Notes: generated by a model not told the origin, from the letters alone. 64,000 nucleotides of DNA from Eledone cirrhosa (GCA_964016885.1 CAXHJY010001251.1:31518-95517); one strand, 5' to 3'. Positions 1-17,555 are shown, counted from the first letter of the stretch. Numbers and translations: made by a program.

Positions 1-464
1 AAGATGGAAAAAATTTAGACTTTTGTCAAAGAAATGATGTTGGCAGAGACTAATAAAAATAGATCTGCTTCCTATTACCGAATTACCGAATCTAAGGAAT
101 AGAAGGAAGATGGATTAGTGGGAAGAAACTGAGAAAAGGAGTGTGACAGAAATAGAAAAGAGAATATATAATCATATATATATATGTTTGTGTGTGTGTG
201 TGTGTGTGTGTATAATCAATTTGTTCGATTATTGAGACAACACTACTAAATATGTATGAGTATAATCTGCTTCTGAAATTCATTTCAGTGATCATTGAGT
301 AAGATAGAGTGTGGGACAGTGTTACAATGACACAGGTGCACAAAGCATCTGATGGTAGTGTGATTTCGTAAATCTATTACTGTGTGTATGTGTATATATA
401 TATATATATATATACATATATACACACATACACACAGTAATAGATTTACGAAATCACACTACCA

Positions 465-2430
<1,966 letters not shown>

Positions 2431-2432
<2 letters not shown>

Positions 2433-5134
2433 AGACTGATAATTAGCGACCTCATAGTCAGGTCGAGACGTACTCGACAGCAGAAGAGGACTATCCTCAG
2501 GAGAAAAATATGGAAGCTAAAGGACCCCACAGCCAAAAATAAATTTCAAAACATATTACTTGATGCTTTCGACAGTAAGGAAGAACACTTAGAGTCGGAC
2601 AATATAGAGGGACAGTGGGAATTTCTGAAAGCAAACCTGCTGTTGGCCACAGACGAAGTCTGTGGCTGGAGCAGGCCTGTAGGCAGGAGGAGAGTAACAT
2701 GGTGGTGGAACAGTAAGGTGGAGGAGTCAATTAAGGCCAAAAAGCAGGCTTGGAAAGTATGGCGGGATGGGGGAAGTAGAGTAGACTATCAAGTGGCCAG
2801 GAGGGAAGCTAGGAGAGAAGTGTACTTAGCAAGAAGGGAAGCTGAGGAAAGAAAGTTCAAGCATGTCCTACAACGCGATGACCAAAAACGTGAGGTGTTC
2901 AGGATTGCTAGGCAATGCGTCAAGGAAAACCGTGATATTGTCGGGGAGAAGTGTGTACTTAACGATGATGGCATACTTGCCATCACCGACACTGATAAGA
3001 AGGCAGCTTGGAAGTGTCACTATGAAAGGCTACTAAATGAGGAGAATAAATGGGAGAAAGACAGTCTCCCCCATGTCGACCCAATAGAGGGACCAGCAGT
3101 GTTAGTCGAGGGGAGTATAATAAGTAAGGCAATCAAGGATATGAAGACAGGTAAGGCGGCTGGGCCTTCGGAAATAGTTGCTGAGATGCTGAAGGCATCT
3201 GGCACGGTGGGACACACCATGGTCACCCGCATAGTTAACCAAGTCGTACAGAATGGGGCTGTTCCGAAGGACTGGCATAGCAGCATCATCGTTAACTGTT
3301 ATAAGGGTAAAGGAGACGCCCTAGATAGGAGTAACTATAGAGGCATTAAATTAATCGACCAGGTCATGAAGGTCACAGAAAAAGTAATAGCGCAACTAAT
3401 CAGAGAGAGAATTGACCTAGATGAAATGCAGTTCGGGTTTGTGTCAGGCAAAAGTACCACAGACGCTCTTTTCATAGTACGACAACTACAGGAGAAGTAC
3501 CTAGCTAAAGGTAAACCCCTCTACTTAGCTTTTGTCGACTTGGAGAAAGCCTTCGACAGAGTCCCCCGCTCCATTATCTGGTGGGCTCTTAGAAAACTAG
3601 GCGTTGACGAATGGCTTGTGAGGGCTATACAAGCCATGTATAAAGAAACAGTCAGCAAGGTTAGAATTAACAACGAATATAGTGAAGAGTTTAGCGTAAA
3701 AGTTGGCGTCCATCAGGGCTCTGTTCTCAGCCCCCTACTATTTATTATTGCCCTTCAGGCTATAACAGAGGAGTTCAAGACAGGCTGCCCATGGGAACTC
3801 CTATACGCAGACGACCTGACACTCATAGCGGAATCAATGGCCGAGCTAGAGAAGAAATTCCAAACATGGAAGCACGGCCTAGAGTCAAAAGGACTTAAAA
3901 TTAACCTGGCTAAGACCAAAGTTCTAGTTTGTAGGAAAGAAAACAAGGCGGCGGTCCCTTCTGGGAAATGGTCGTGCTCGGTGTGTAGGAAAGGCGTAGG
4001 TAGAAACTCCATTTTGTGTCCTAAATGCAAAGTATGGGTGCATAAAAGATGTAGTGGGATCACAGGTAAGCTAACTAAGAACATAGATTTTACATGTGGC
4101 CGGTGTTCTGGTGCAATAAGTAGCAGCAAGTGCCCACACAATACTAGCTCTTTCAATTGCGCAGAGGGTTCTATAGAAATAGTGGACAGCTTCCGTTACC
4201 TGGGCGATAAAATCAGCAGTGGGGGAGGGTGCTCTGAAAGTACTGTAGCTAGAGTCAGAACTGGTTGGAAAAAGTTCAGAGAGCTTATACCACTATTAGC
4301 TGCTAAAGGGTTCTCCCTAAAAATGAAAGGCAGGTTGTACGATGCCTGCATACGAACAGCAATGTTGCATGGCAGTGAGACCTGGGCATTGTGTGCAGAG
4401 GATATACGCAGACTAGAGAGGAACGAAGCTTGCATGCTCCGCTGGATGTGTAACAGTAATATACGTGAACGGCAAAGCATAAACGAACTAAGGAAAAAAT
4501 TAGAGATAAGAGGGATCAGATGTTGTTTACTCGAGAGAAGGCTACGTTGGTATGGACACGTGATGCGCATGAAAGTCGATAGCTGTATAACAAAGTGCAG
4601 GGCAATAAAGATAGACGGTAGCCACGGAATAGGCAGACCTAGAAAAACCTGGGACGAGCTGATAAACTCCGACCTCACACACTTACACCTCTCCAAGACA
4701 ATGTCACTGGACCGAGACCTTTGGCGGTACTCAGTAACAGAGAAGACCCGCCTTGCCAGTAGGCATCTCTAACAAAATACACCCCGTCCCACCACCACCA
4801 CCCCCACCCCATCCACACCACCCCGTCCTATGTAAAGTTATGTTGGTGCCGCGCCATCCGGGCCGAAACAAATGAGATCGTGTAGGTGTCACGACAAAAA
4901 AACACACAGTCCACGCTGTAATGTGGCCGTGTAGGCAACACGGTAAAAACCTCCCAGACCCACACTGTAAATGTGGTTGGTGTTAGGAAGGGCATCCAAC
5001 TGTAGAAAACCTGCCAGACAGTCCTATGCGAGCAAGACAATCACTCTTGCCTCAAGTGGGACTACCCCCGTCCAAACCCATGCAAGCGTGGAACACGGAC
5101 GTTAAACGTTGATGATGATGATGATGATGATGAT
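2431..5134 (+). mobile_element. RTE-clade LINE, family A, 5'-truncated (endonuclease lost), with ~340 bp 3'UTR and (GAT)n tail
   Basis: RT ORF, 3'UTR shared with other copies in the window, (GAT)8 tail at 5111-5134, TA repeats on both sides. Confidence 0.95.
2433..4772 (+). CDS. RTE LINE ORF: linker, reverse transcriptase, PHD-type Zn finger, C-terminal domain (partial, no native start)
   Basis: Frame is open from AGA at 2433 (RLIISDL..., end of the APE domain). Motifs [63 protein letters not shown]. Confidence 0.93.
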   Translation, partial: RLIISDLIVRSRRTRQQKRTILRRKIWKLKDPTAKNKFQNILLDAFDSKEEHLESDNIEGQWEFLKANLLLATDEVCGWSRPVGRRRVTWWWNSKVEESIKAKKQAWKVWRDGGSRVDYQVARREARREVYLARREAEERKFKHVLQRDDQKREVFRIARQCVKENRDIVGEKCVLNDDGILAITDTDKKAAWKCHYERLLNEENKWEKDSLPHVDPIEGPAVLVEGSIISKAIKDMKTGKAAGPSEIVAEMLKASGTVGHTMVTRIVNQVVQNGAVPKDWHSSIIVNCYKGKGDALDRSNYRGIKLIDQVMKVTEKVIAQLIRERIDLDEMQFGFVSGKSTTDALFIVRQLQEKYLAKGKPLYLAFVDLEKAFDRVPRSIIWWALRKLGVDEWLVRAIQAMYKETVSKVRINNEYSEEFSVKVGVHQGSVLSPLLFIIALQAITEEFKTGCPWELLYADDLTLIAESMAELEKKFQTWKHGLESKGLKINLAKTKVLVCRKENKAAVPSGKWSCSVCRKGVGRNSILCPKCKVWVHKRCSGITGKLTKNIDFTCGRCSGAISSSKCPHNTSSFNCAEGSIEIVDSFRYLGDKISSGGGCSESTVARVRTGWKKFRELIPLLAAKGFSLKMKGRLYDACIRTAMLHGSETWALCAEDIRRLERNEACMLRWMCNSNIRERQSINELRKKLEIRGIRCCLLERRLRWYGHVMRMKVDSCITKCRAIKIDGSHGIGRPRKTWDELINSDLTHLHLSKTMSLDRDLWRYSVTEKTRLASRHL

Positions 5135-5499
5135 ATACATATACATATATATATATATACATATACAAACAGAAAAAATGAAACAAAATATCATTTCCCA
5201 CTCTTAGTACGGCTGTTACTTAAATATAAGTATGTATATGTACATACATATATGTATACAGACGTACAGTAGTATGTATATATATATATATATATACATG
5301 CACACATATATATATGTACGTATGGATTCACCGAACATTTGTTATAATGCTCGGTGTGTTTGTAAACAAACATCCCGTATTAAGCCATAGTGTCCAGCAA
5401 CCATCGTTGCTCGTTTGTTCAACACTGACAAAGGAACGCTGTACTAGTTTCAAGCTTATTAGCTATCGTCAGCAACGTATACCATCCTGCCAGATTGTT

Positions 5500-5964
5500 G
5501 ATATATACATATACATATATATACATATAGATACATATACATATAGATACATATAGATACATATAGATATATATATACATATAGATATATATATACATAT
5601 AGATATATATATACATATAGATATATATACATATAGATATATATACATATATATATATATACATATAGATCTATACATATAGATATATATACATATAGAT
5701 ATATATACATATACATATATATATACATATAGATATATATACATATAGATATATATATACATAGATATATATATACATAGATATATATACATATAGATAT
5801 ATATACATATAGATATATATACATATACATACATATATATACATATACATATATATACATATACATACATATACATATACATATACATACAGATACATAT
5901 ATATATACATATACATATATATATACATATACATACATATATACATATACATACATATATATAC

Positions 5965-5997
<33 letters not shown>

Positions 5998-6663
5998 CAT
6001 ACATATATATATATATATATATACATATATATAGTTATACATATATACATATATACATAGTTATACATATATACATATATACATACATATATATATATAT
6101 ATATATACATATATATATAGTTATACATATATACATAGTTATACATATATACATATATACATACATATATATATATATACATATATATATAGTTATACAT
6201 ATATACATAGTTATACATATATACATATATACATACATATATACATACATATATATATACATACACATATATATACATATATATATACATATATATATAC
6301 ATACACATATATATACATATATATATACATACACATATATATACATACACATATATACATACATATATATATACATACACATATATATACATATAGATAT
6401 ATAAACATATACATACATATACATATATATACATATAGATATATATACATATAGATATATAAACATATACATACATATACATATATATACATATAGATAT
6501 ATATACATATAGATATATATACATATAGATATATATACATAGATATATATACATATACATATATATACATATACATATATATACATATACATATATATAC
6601 ATATAGATATATATACATATAGATATATATATACATATAGATATATATACATATAGATATATA

Positions 6664-6745
<82 letters not shown>

Positions 6746-6762
6746 CATATATATATACATAC

Positions 6763-6795
<33 letters not shown>

Positions 6796-6801
6796 CATAC
6801 A

Positions 6802-6835
<34 letters not shown>

Positions 6836-7005
6836 GTTATACATATATACATATATATATAGTTATACATATATACATACATACATATATATATATATAT
6901 ACATATATATATAGTTATACATATATACATATATACATACATATATATATATATAGTTTATACATATATACATACATACATATATATATATATAGTTATA
7001 CATAT

Positions 7006-7062
<57 letters not shown>

Positions 7063-7065
7063 GTT

Positions 7066-7100
<35 letters not shown>

Positions 7101-7905
7101 CATATATATATAGTTATACATATATACATATATACATAGTTATACATATATACATACATACATACATACATATATACATACATATATACATACATACATA
7201 TATACATACATACATATATACATACATACATACATACATATATATATATATACATACATACATACATATATATATATATACATATATATACATATTTACA
7301 TATACATACATATATATATATATACATACACATATATATACATATATATATATATACATACACATATATATACATATATATATACATACACATATATATA
7401 CATATATATATACATACACATATATATACATATATATATACATACACATATATATACACATATATATACATACACATATATATACATATATATATACATA
7501 CACATATATATATACATACACATATATATACATATATATATATACACATATATATACACACACATATATACACACATATATATATATTTACATATATATA
7601 CATATATACACACATATACATATATACACACATATACATATACATATATACACATATATATATATACATATATACACACATATATATATACATATATACA
7701 CACATATACATATACATATATACACACATACATATACATATATACACACATATACATATACATATATACACATATACATATACATATATACACATATATA
7801 TATACACATATATACACATATATACATATACACATACATATACACATATATACACATATATATACATATATATATATATACATATATATACATACATATA
7901 TATAC

Positions 7906-7952
<47 letters not shown>

Positions 7953-8006
7953 CATATATATATATACATACATATATAATATATATACATATATATATAT
8001 ACATAC

Positions 8007-8037
<31 letters not shown>

Positions 8038-8070
8038 CAAATATATACAAATATATATATATATATATAT

Positions 8071-8141
<71 letters not shown>

Positions 8142-8288
8142 CATATATACATATATATATACATATATACATATATACATATATATATACATATATACAT
8201 ATATATATACATATATACATATATATATACATATATACATATATATATATATATACATATATACATATATATATATATACATATATAC

Positions 8289-8341
<53 letters not shown>

Positions 8342-8350
8342 CATATATAC

Positions 8351-8395
<45 letters not shown>

Positions 8396-8424
8396 TACAT
8401 ATATATATACATATACATATATAC

Positions 8425-8485
<61 letters not shown>

Positions 8486-8554
8486 CATATATACATATAT
8501 ATATATATACATATATACATATATACATATACATATATATATACATATATATAC

Positions 8555-8588
<34 letters not shown>

Positions 8589-8663
8589 ATACATACATAT
8601 ATATATATATACATACATATATATATACATACATACATATATATATATATACATACATATATA

Positions 8664-8718
<55 letters not shown>

Positions 8719-8898
8719 ATACATACATATATATATATACATATATATAATATACATATATACATATATATATATATACATATATACATATATATATATA
8801 CATATATATATATACATATATATATATATACATATACATATATACATATATATACATACATATATATATATATACATATATATATATACATATACATA

Positions 8899-8956
<58 letters not shown>

Positions 8957-8974
8957 CATATATACGTATATATA
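5500..8974. repeat. ~3.5 kb TA/CA microsatellite array with TAGA and TAGTTAC sub-blocks
   Basis: Directly visible. Confidence 0.97.
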
Positions 8975-9790
8975 TGCAGAAAAGGAACTGGCATAAATTC
9001 TATAAAATGCACACAATGTAGATCCTGGGTACACAAGAGATGTAGCGGGATAGCAGGCAAACTAACAGGTAGGGAGAAATATGTATGCAGTAGATGTACA
9101 GGGAAATTAAACAGTAGAAGTCGCACTGACAGACACATTTTTCAAATGCGAGAGGGCGCTATAGAAGTGGTGGATAGCTTCCGGTACCTAGGAGATCAGA
9201 TTAGCATGGGAGGAGGGTGTTCCGAGGCCATAGTATCTAGAATAAGGACGGGTTGGAAGAAGTTTAGGGAGCTGCTTCCTCTGTTGACGAAGAAGGGTTT
9301 CTCCCTGCGTACGAAAGGCCGGTTGTATGATGCCTGTGTGAGGAGCGCGATGCTGCATGGTAGTGAGACATGGGCAGCAACCGCAGAAGATATGCGACAG
9401 CTGGAGAGAAATGAGGCAAGCATGCTCCGTTGGATGTGCAGTGTAAATGTGCGTGAACGACCCAGCATAAATGTGTTGAGAGAGAAACTGTGTCTGAGAG
9501 GGATAGAATGTAGTGTACGGGAGAGGAGACTGAGGTGGTATGGACATGTGATGCGCATGGAGGATGACCGATGGGTGAAGAAGTGCCAGGAAATGCCAGT
9601 TGAAGGAAGACGTGGTAGAGGTAGACCACGAAAAACATGGGCGGAGGTGGTGAGAACAGACCTCAGATCATTGAAGCTCACGGTGGAGATGACGAGGGAC
9701 CGTGACGAGTGGAGAGATGCTGTGCTGAATAAGACCCGTCCCACCCTTGCAAGCAGGGAAAAGCGGACGTAAAATGATGATGATGATGAT
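8972..9790 (+). mobile_element. RTE LINE family B, 5'-truncated inside the PHD finger; stop codon almost adjacent to the (GAT)n tail
   Basis: Open frame 8972-9772: [26 protein letters not shown]...FRYLG...RRLRWYGHV...GRPRKTW; homologous to but diverged from family A. Confidence 0.93.
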
Positions 9791-9822
9791 ATATATATAT
9801 ACATATATATATACATATATGT

Positions 9823-10875
9823 ATCATCATCATCATCATCAACGTTTAACGTCCGTGTTCCATGCTTGCATGGGTTTGGACGGGGTAGTCCCACTTGAGG
9901 CAAGAGTGATTTTCTTGCTCACATAAGACTGTCTGGCAGGTTTTCTACAGTTGGATGCCCTTCCTAACACCAATCACATTTACAGTGTGGGTCTGGGAGG
10001 TTTTTACCGTGTTGCCTACACGGCCACATTACAGCGTGGACTGTGTGTTTTTTTATCGTGACACCTACACGATCTCATTTGTTTCGGCCTCGATGGCGCT
10101 GCACCAACATAACTTTACATAGAACGGGGTGGTGTGGATGGGGTGGGGGTGGTGGGACGGGGTGTATTTTGTTAGAGATGCCTACTGGCTGGAGTAGGTT
10201 TTACTATATATTTAGGTAAGGCGGGTCTTCTCTGTTACTGAGTACCGCCAAAGGTCTCGGTCCAGTGACATTGTCTTGGAGAGGTGTAAGTGTGTGAGGT
10301 CGGAGTTTATCAGCTCGTCCCAGGTTTTTCTAGGTCTGCCTATTCCGTGGCTACCGTCTATCTTTATTGCCCTGCACTTTGTTATACAGCTATCGACTTT
10401 CATGCGCATCACGTGTCCATACCAACGTAGCCTTCTCTCGAGTAAACAACATCTGATCCCTCTTATCTCTAATTTTTTCCTTAGTTCGTTTATGCTTTGC
10501 CGTTCACGTATATTACTGTTACACATCCAGCGGAGCATGCAAGCTTCGTTCCTCTCTAGTCTGCGTATATCCTCTGCACACAATGCCCAGGTCTCACTGC
10601 CATGCAACATTGCTGTTCGTATGCAGGCATCGTACAACCTGCCTTTCATTTTTAGGGAGAACCCTTTAGCAGCTAATAGTGGTATAAGCTCTCTGAACTT
10701 TTTCCAACCAGTTCTGACTCTAGCTACAGTACTTTCAGAGCACCCTCCCCCACTGCTGATTTTATCGCCCAGGTAACGGAAGCTGTCCACTATTTCTATA
10801 GAACCCTCTGCGCAATTGAAAGAGCTAGTATTTTGTGGGCACTTGCTGCTACTTATTGCACCAGAACACCGGCCA

Positions 10876-10878
<3 letters not shown>
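9823..10878 (-). mobile_element. RTE LINE family A, second 5'-truncated copy
   Basis: Near-identical reverse complement of ~4093-5134; (ATC)n at 9823-9840; the antisense ORFs 4196-4696 and 10276-10776 translate identically. Confidence 0.96.
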
Positions 10879-12250
<1,372 letters not shown>

Positions 12251-12310
12251 CATAAATAAATATACATGTAAGAGTATATGAGTGAGTGTGAGCGTATGTG
12301 TGTGTGTGTG

Positions 12311-12357
<47 letters not shown>

Positions 12358-13272
12358 AGCATAAAACTAATAATATATTTCTTCATTGTACTGTGTCGTT
12401 ATAAGAGTTTGCCTTTTGTGCACACACACACGTGTGTGTGTGTGTGTGTGTATTATACATATACATGTGAATGAATCCTGAAATGAGTATGTGTATGTAC
12501 CTAGACACAACCACACAAAACTACCCGCACACACAACCACACACACAACCACACACAAACATGCAACTACTATACAGACAGACACATGTGGGACTTCATT
12601 CATTTAGCCTGTTGTATTCTTCAGAAATCTCTCGCTCTCTCACTATCTACACCCCCCCCCCGTCTCTCTCTCTCTCTCTCTCTCTCTATAACTTTGATGT
12701 TCCTACAATCTAATGTTTGACGTCATCAACAAATGTTCTGATATGGGGTGAGGGGGGTGAGGCAATGGTTGAGAGAGGGGTGTGTTAGAAGTTGGCTATA
12801 TCTATACTGGCTTACACAAAGCCCTGTCATAGACATACACACACCCATACAGTGTCTCTATTTTTATTACACTTTCTCTTCTCTACTTCCTTTCTCTCTC
12901 ATCTACACATTATCACTTTTTTTTTTTATTTCTCTCATTGTTTTCGTCTCTTTCTACTACCCCCCCCCCCCACATCCCTTCCAGTTATTGTCTCTTTTCT
13001 CTCTCATCCTTGCTTTCTTTCTATCTTCTGTTTTTCATTCTCTCTCTACTTTCTTCTCTCTCTCTCTCTGTCCCTGTCTTCCTCTGTCTCTCTATCACCC
13101 TCTCTCACACTTTCTATCTTCCTATGTCTTTCTCTCACCCTCTCTGTCTCTCTCTCTCTCTCATCCTCTCTCCCCCTCTCTCTACTTTTCACTCTCTCTC
13201 AACCTTTACATTACATAACAGCACGCTACATTTCTAACTACAGAAGTCTGTAGAGAGAGAAGTTAAGGGACA

Positions 13273-13306
<34 letters not shown>

Positions 13307-13426
13307 CCTGTATGTGCATGCACCTGTATGTGTACTGGTGCCTGTGTGCACCTGTGGGTGTGTGTAAGTACATTAATAATCAACAAGTGATGTTAAAGCA
13401 CTCTATATCAGTTGAAGAGCTATATA

Positions 13427-13497
<71 letters not shown>

Positions 13498-13507
13498 GAG
13501 AGAGAGT

Positions 13508-13640
13508 CCCGGGTTCAATCATGGGGAACCGCAGTAAGTAAGGTACTCAATACATTAGTAGAGTGTATGCAACAAATTTAATACAGAAAAAGGCTTCTAC
13601 AGGACTAGAAGTGTTTCATTCAAAAGAAATAATCAACAAT
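13508..13640. mobile_element. Short interspersed repeat (Penelope-like remnant?), also present at 63662-63824
   Basis: Both share CCCGGGTTCAATC...ACATTAGTAGAGT...GGCTTCTACAGGACTAGAA..GTTTCATTCAAAAGAAAT. Confidence 0.55.
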
Positions 13641-13837
13641 TTATATACACACACACAATATATATATATATATATATATATAAACGTAATGAAGGAGTAA
13701 CCACTCGTCCTTGTTTTATTTTATTATATTACACTGTCTAACTCTCCACCTCGACACAGAAGTGAACCTAAACATCGAGTGCTCACCCGGGTGAACCTAC
13801 AGTAACTCCACGTTACACTCTCTGGAGATATATATAA

Positions 13838-14177
13838 CATCATCATCATCATCATTTTACGTCCGCTTTTCCCTGCTTGCAAGGGTGGGACGGGAACTGA
13901 TACTGGCTTGATTTCTACAGCTGGATGCCCTTCCTAACACCAACCTCATTTACAGTGAGTGCTGGGTGCTTTTTTGCCGTGGCACCTCCACGACCACTTT
14001 GCAGTGGAATGATATGGACCCCAGTCCCTATCATCTCATTTCTACAGCTGAGTAAACTGGATCAATGTGAAATAAAGTCTCTTGCTCAAGGAAACAACAC
14101 ATCACCCGGTCCGAGAATTGAACTCACAACCTTTCGATTGCAAGGCCAATGCTCTAACCACTAAGCCATATGCCTCC
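13838..14177 (-). mobile_element. Full-length tRNA-derived SINE with RTE-family-B 3' end and (GAT)n tail
   Basis: A box TGGCTTAGTGG, B box GTTCAATTC, central CCTTGAGCAAGA motif; last ~40 nt match 9735-9790. Confidence 0.9.
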
Positions 14178-14440
14178 AATATATATATATATAATATATA
14201 TATATATATACATATAACAAGATTAAACATTATGTCAGTTACTTTCTCATTTTATATGCTTCCCGAAATACGCCAAAACTACACCTGATGTACCCCTTCC
14301 ATACACATGCACACATGTGTGTATCATGACTCGTGCACTGTTCATTTTACTGATGTTTGTGCATTGCCCTATGTACTGTACATGCACTTTTTTGATGAGT
14401 TGTGGTGCACCTGGGCACTGTACACAATATTTCATTAAAT

Positions 14441-15036
14441 TCCGACCTCACACGCTTACACCTCTCCAAGACAATGTCACTGGACCGAGACCTTTGGCGG
14501 TACTCAGTAATAGAGAAGACTCGCCTTACCTAAATACAAAGTAAAAACCTACTACAGTCAGTAGGCATCTCTATCAAAACACACCCCCGTCCCTCCACCT
14601 CCACCCCACCCACACCGCCCCTTTCAATGTAAAGTTATGTTGGTCCCACAACATCCAGGCCGAAACAAATGAGATCGTGTAGGTGTCACGACAAAAAACA
14701 CACAGTCCACGCTGTAAATGTGGCCATGTAGGCAACACGGTAAAAACCTCCCAGCCCCACACTGTAAATGTGGTTGGTGTTAGGAAGGGCATCCAGCTGT
14801 AGAAAACCCGCCAGACAGTCCACGCTGTAATGTGGCCGTGTAGGCAACACGGTAAAAACCTCCCAGCCCCACACTGTAAATGTGGTTGGTGTTAGGAAGG
14901 GCATCCAACTGTAGAAAACCCGCCAGACAGTCCTATGCGAGCAAGACAACCACTCTTGCCTCAAGTGGGAAAACCCCCGTCCAAACCCATGCAAGCGTGG
15001 AACACGGACGCTAAACCTGATGATGATGATGATGAT
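14441..15036 (+). mobile_element. RTE family A 3' fragment with internal ~113 bp tandem duplication in the UTR
   Basis: Aligns by eye to 4668-5134; (GAT)n tail. Confidence 0.92.
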
Positions 15037-15400
15037 GTTATTGTTATTATATCATGACTCATACACTGTTCATTTTCCTGACACTTTATTATTCTATGTA
15101 CTATACATGCACCTTTGATGAGTTGTAGTGCACCTGAGCACTGTACACAATAATTTCATTATTATTATTATTATTTTATTATATGAGAAAACATCTCTAT
15201 ATGTGTGTTATATTCCTCAGGCCTTCATCTTGACATATTGGCTGATGAGGAGAGAATGTGAGATTTATATATAATTGGTTAGTTGAGATAAATAACTGAA
15301 TCAAAGGTAATTACTTGTTTTATTTGGTCTATATATTGTCATCTAGTTTCTTTCTAGGAGGCGCTGTATATGGAAGAACGGGTGGGGGGCGTATAAATGT

Positions 15401-16386
15401 AATAGGGTCGATATAATCAACTAAATCAAGGTGGTGCCCCAGCATGGCCTCGGTCTGACTAAAACCAGTAAAACAGTATTGGGTTGATATAATCAACTAA
15501 ATCAAGGTGGTGCCCCAGCATGGCCTCGGTCTGACTAAAACCAGTAAAACAGTATTGGGTTGATATAATCAACTAAATCAAGGTGGTGCCCCAGCATGGC
15601 CTTGGTCTGACTAAAACCAGTAAAACAGTATTGGGTTGATATAATCAACTAAATCAAGGTGGTGCCCCAGTGTGGCCACGGTCTGACTAAAACCAGTAAA
15701 ACAGTATTGGGTTGATATAATCAACTAAATCAAGGTGGTGCCCCAGCATGGCCTCGGTCTGACTAAAACCAGTAAAATAGTATTGGGTTGATATGATCCA
15801 CTAAATCAAGGTGGTGCCCAAGCATGGCCACGGTCTGACTAAAACCAGTAAAACAGTATTGGGTTGATATAATCAACTAAATCAAGGTGGTGCCCCAGCA
15901 TGGCCACGGTCTGACTAAAACCAGTAAAACAGTATTGGGTTGATATAATCAACTAAATCAAGGTGGTGCCCCAGCATGGCCACGGTCTGACTAAAACCAG
16001 TAAAACAGTATTGGGTTGATATGATCAACTAAATCAAGGTGGTGCCCCAGCATGGCCTCGGTCTGACTAAAACCAGTAAAACAGTATTGGGTTGATATAA
16101 TTAACTAAATCAAGGTGGTGCCCCAGCATGGCCTCGGTCTGACTAAAACCAGTAAAACAGTATTGGGTTGATATAATCAACTAAATCAAGGTGGTGCCCC
16201 AGCATGGCCTCGGTCTGACTAAAACCAGTAAAACAGTATTGGGTTGATATAATCAACTAAATCAAGGTGGTGCCCTAGCATGGCCTCGGTCTGACTAAAA
16301 CCAGTAAAACAGTATTGGGTTGATATAATTAACTAAATCAAGGTGGTGCCCCAGCATGGCCAGTGTAATGACTGAAACCAGTAAAA
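15401..16386 (+). repeat. 76-bp tandem minisatellite (~13 copies) derived from a SINE-like 3' end
   Basis: Unit GGGTTGATATAATCAACTAAATCAAGGTGGTGCCCCAGCATGGCCTCGGTCTGACTAAAACCAGTAAAACAGTATT; starts at 15481 and 15557. Confidence 0.93.
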
Positions 16387-17524
16387 AAAATAATATTAAA
16401 GTATTTATAAATAGTTTCAGACTTCAGTATCTACCCCTAATTTCTAATAAGTACCCAGCTGTTTACAGGTGGTTTGCAAATACTCTGGGATGGGTTATGG
16501 TTGAGGGCATTACTTTTGTCTTAGTCACACCCACTGCTCAGATGATTTTTCTTTTCCATCATATAGTTTTTATATCCATACCAACATTTTGTTTTTAATC
16601 CTCGCTACATTTATGTCTCAATGCTTTGTCTAAACTTTTTGATACCAAACTGCCTGTAAACCAGCCCTGATTACACAATAAAAAGTTGTTTGTTTAAAGT
16701 GTTTATATTTATCTAAAAACCTTTCATTATAATCTTATGTAAGAACATTTGTTAAGCTATGCTTCAAACACCAGCTTAACTCTTTTGATAGCAACTCAAT
16801 CAAAACCTCCTCTGTTCTATGAAACAAAACAACCTATTCTAAAGAGTTCTTGTTTAAATTAAAATATTCTGACATAATTTTATATAAAGATCATGCATTG
16901 ATTTACAATCTTAGTAATGCAATAATTAATATTTTTATTAAATCCCTCCTCAAAATTCTTCATTAATTTTAATAAAGTGTATTTCATTAAAAATACAGCA
17001 AGAACAAATATACTATGTTTATGTTTATGTCTAGATTATACATCAATGCTTTGTTTTAAATGTAAATATAAAGGAATTAGGACGAATTAGTATAGTGAAA
17101 GACAATGAAGTGTTTGTCTAGGATAAGATTTAAAAAAAACAACTCGTTACTGAAGAGGCTGCTCTGCACTCATCCATAGCATCTTAGGAGATGATAACAA
17201 GTACAATAAATAAACAAATAAATAATTAATTCCAGCAGCTATGAGGAATCACAAGTTAACAAAGAACAATATCAAACGTCTCTCTCTCTCTCTCTCTGTC
17301 AGTTTCTGTGTGTCAGTCTCTGTCACCCTCATCCCCTCCTCCATCCATGTAAGACATAAAGAAGAAAAGAAGCCATGTAAAATTGCTATAAATAGCAGTT
17401 GAATGCTGTAGCAGTTGAAACAATGCCAAGTACATTGTGAAAAAACAAATCCCAACACACCAAAAAAAAAAAAAAAAACCCAACCTGCCACACACATTGA
17501 AAAACATGCAACAGTTTATCATAT

Positions 17525-17555
<31 letters not shown>

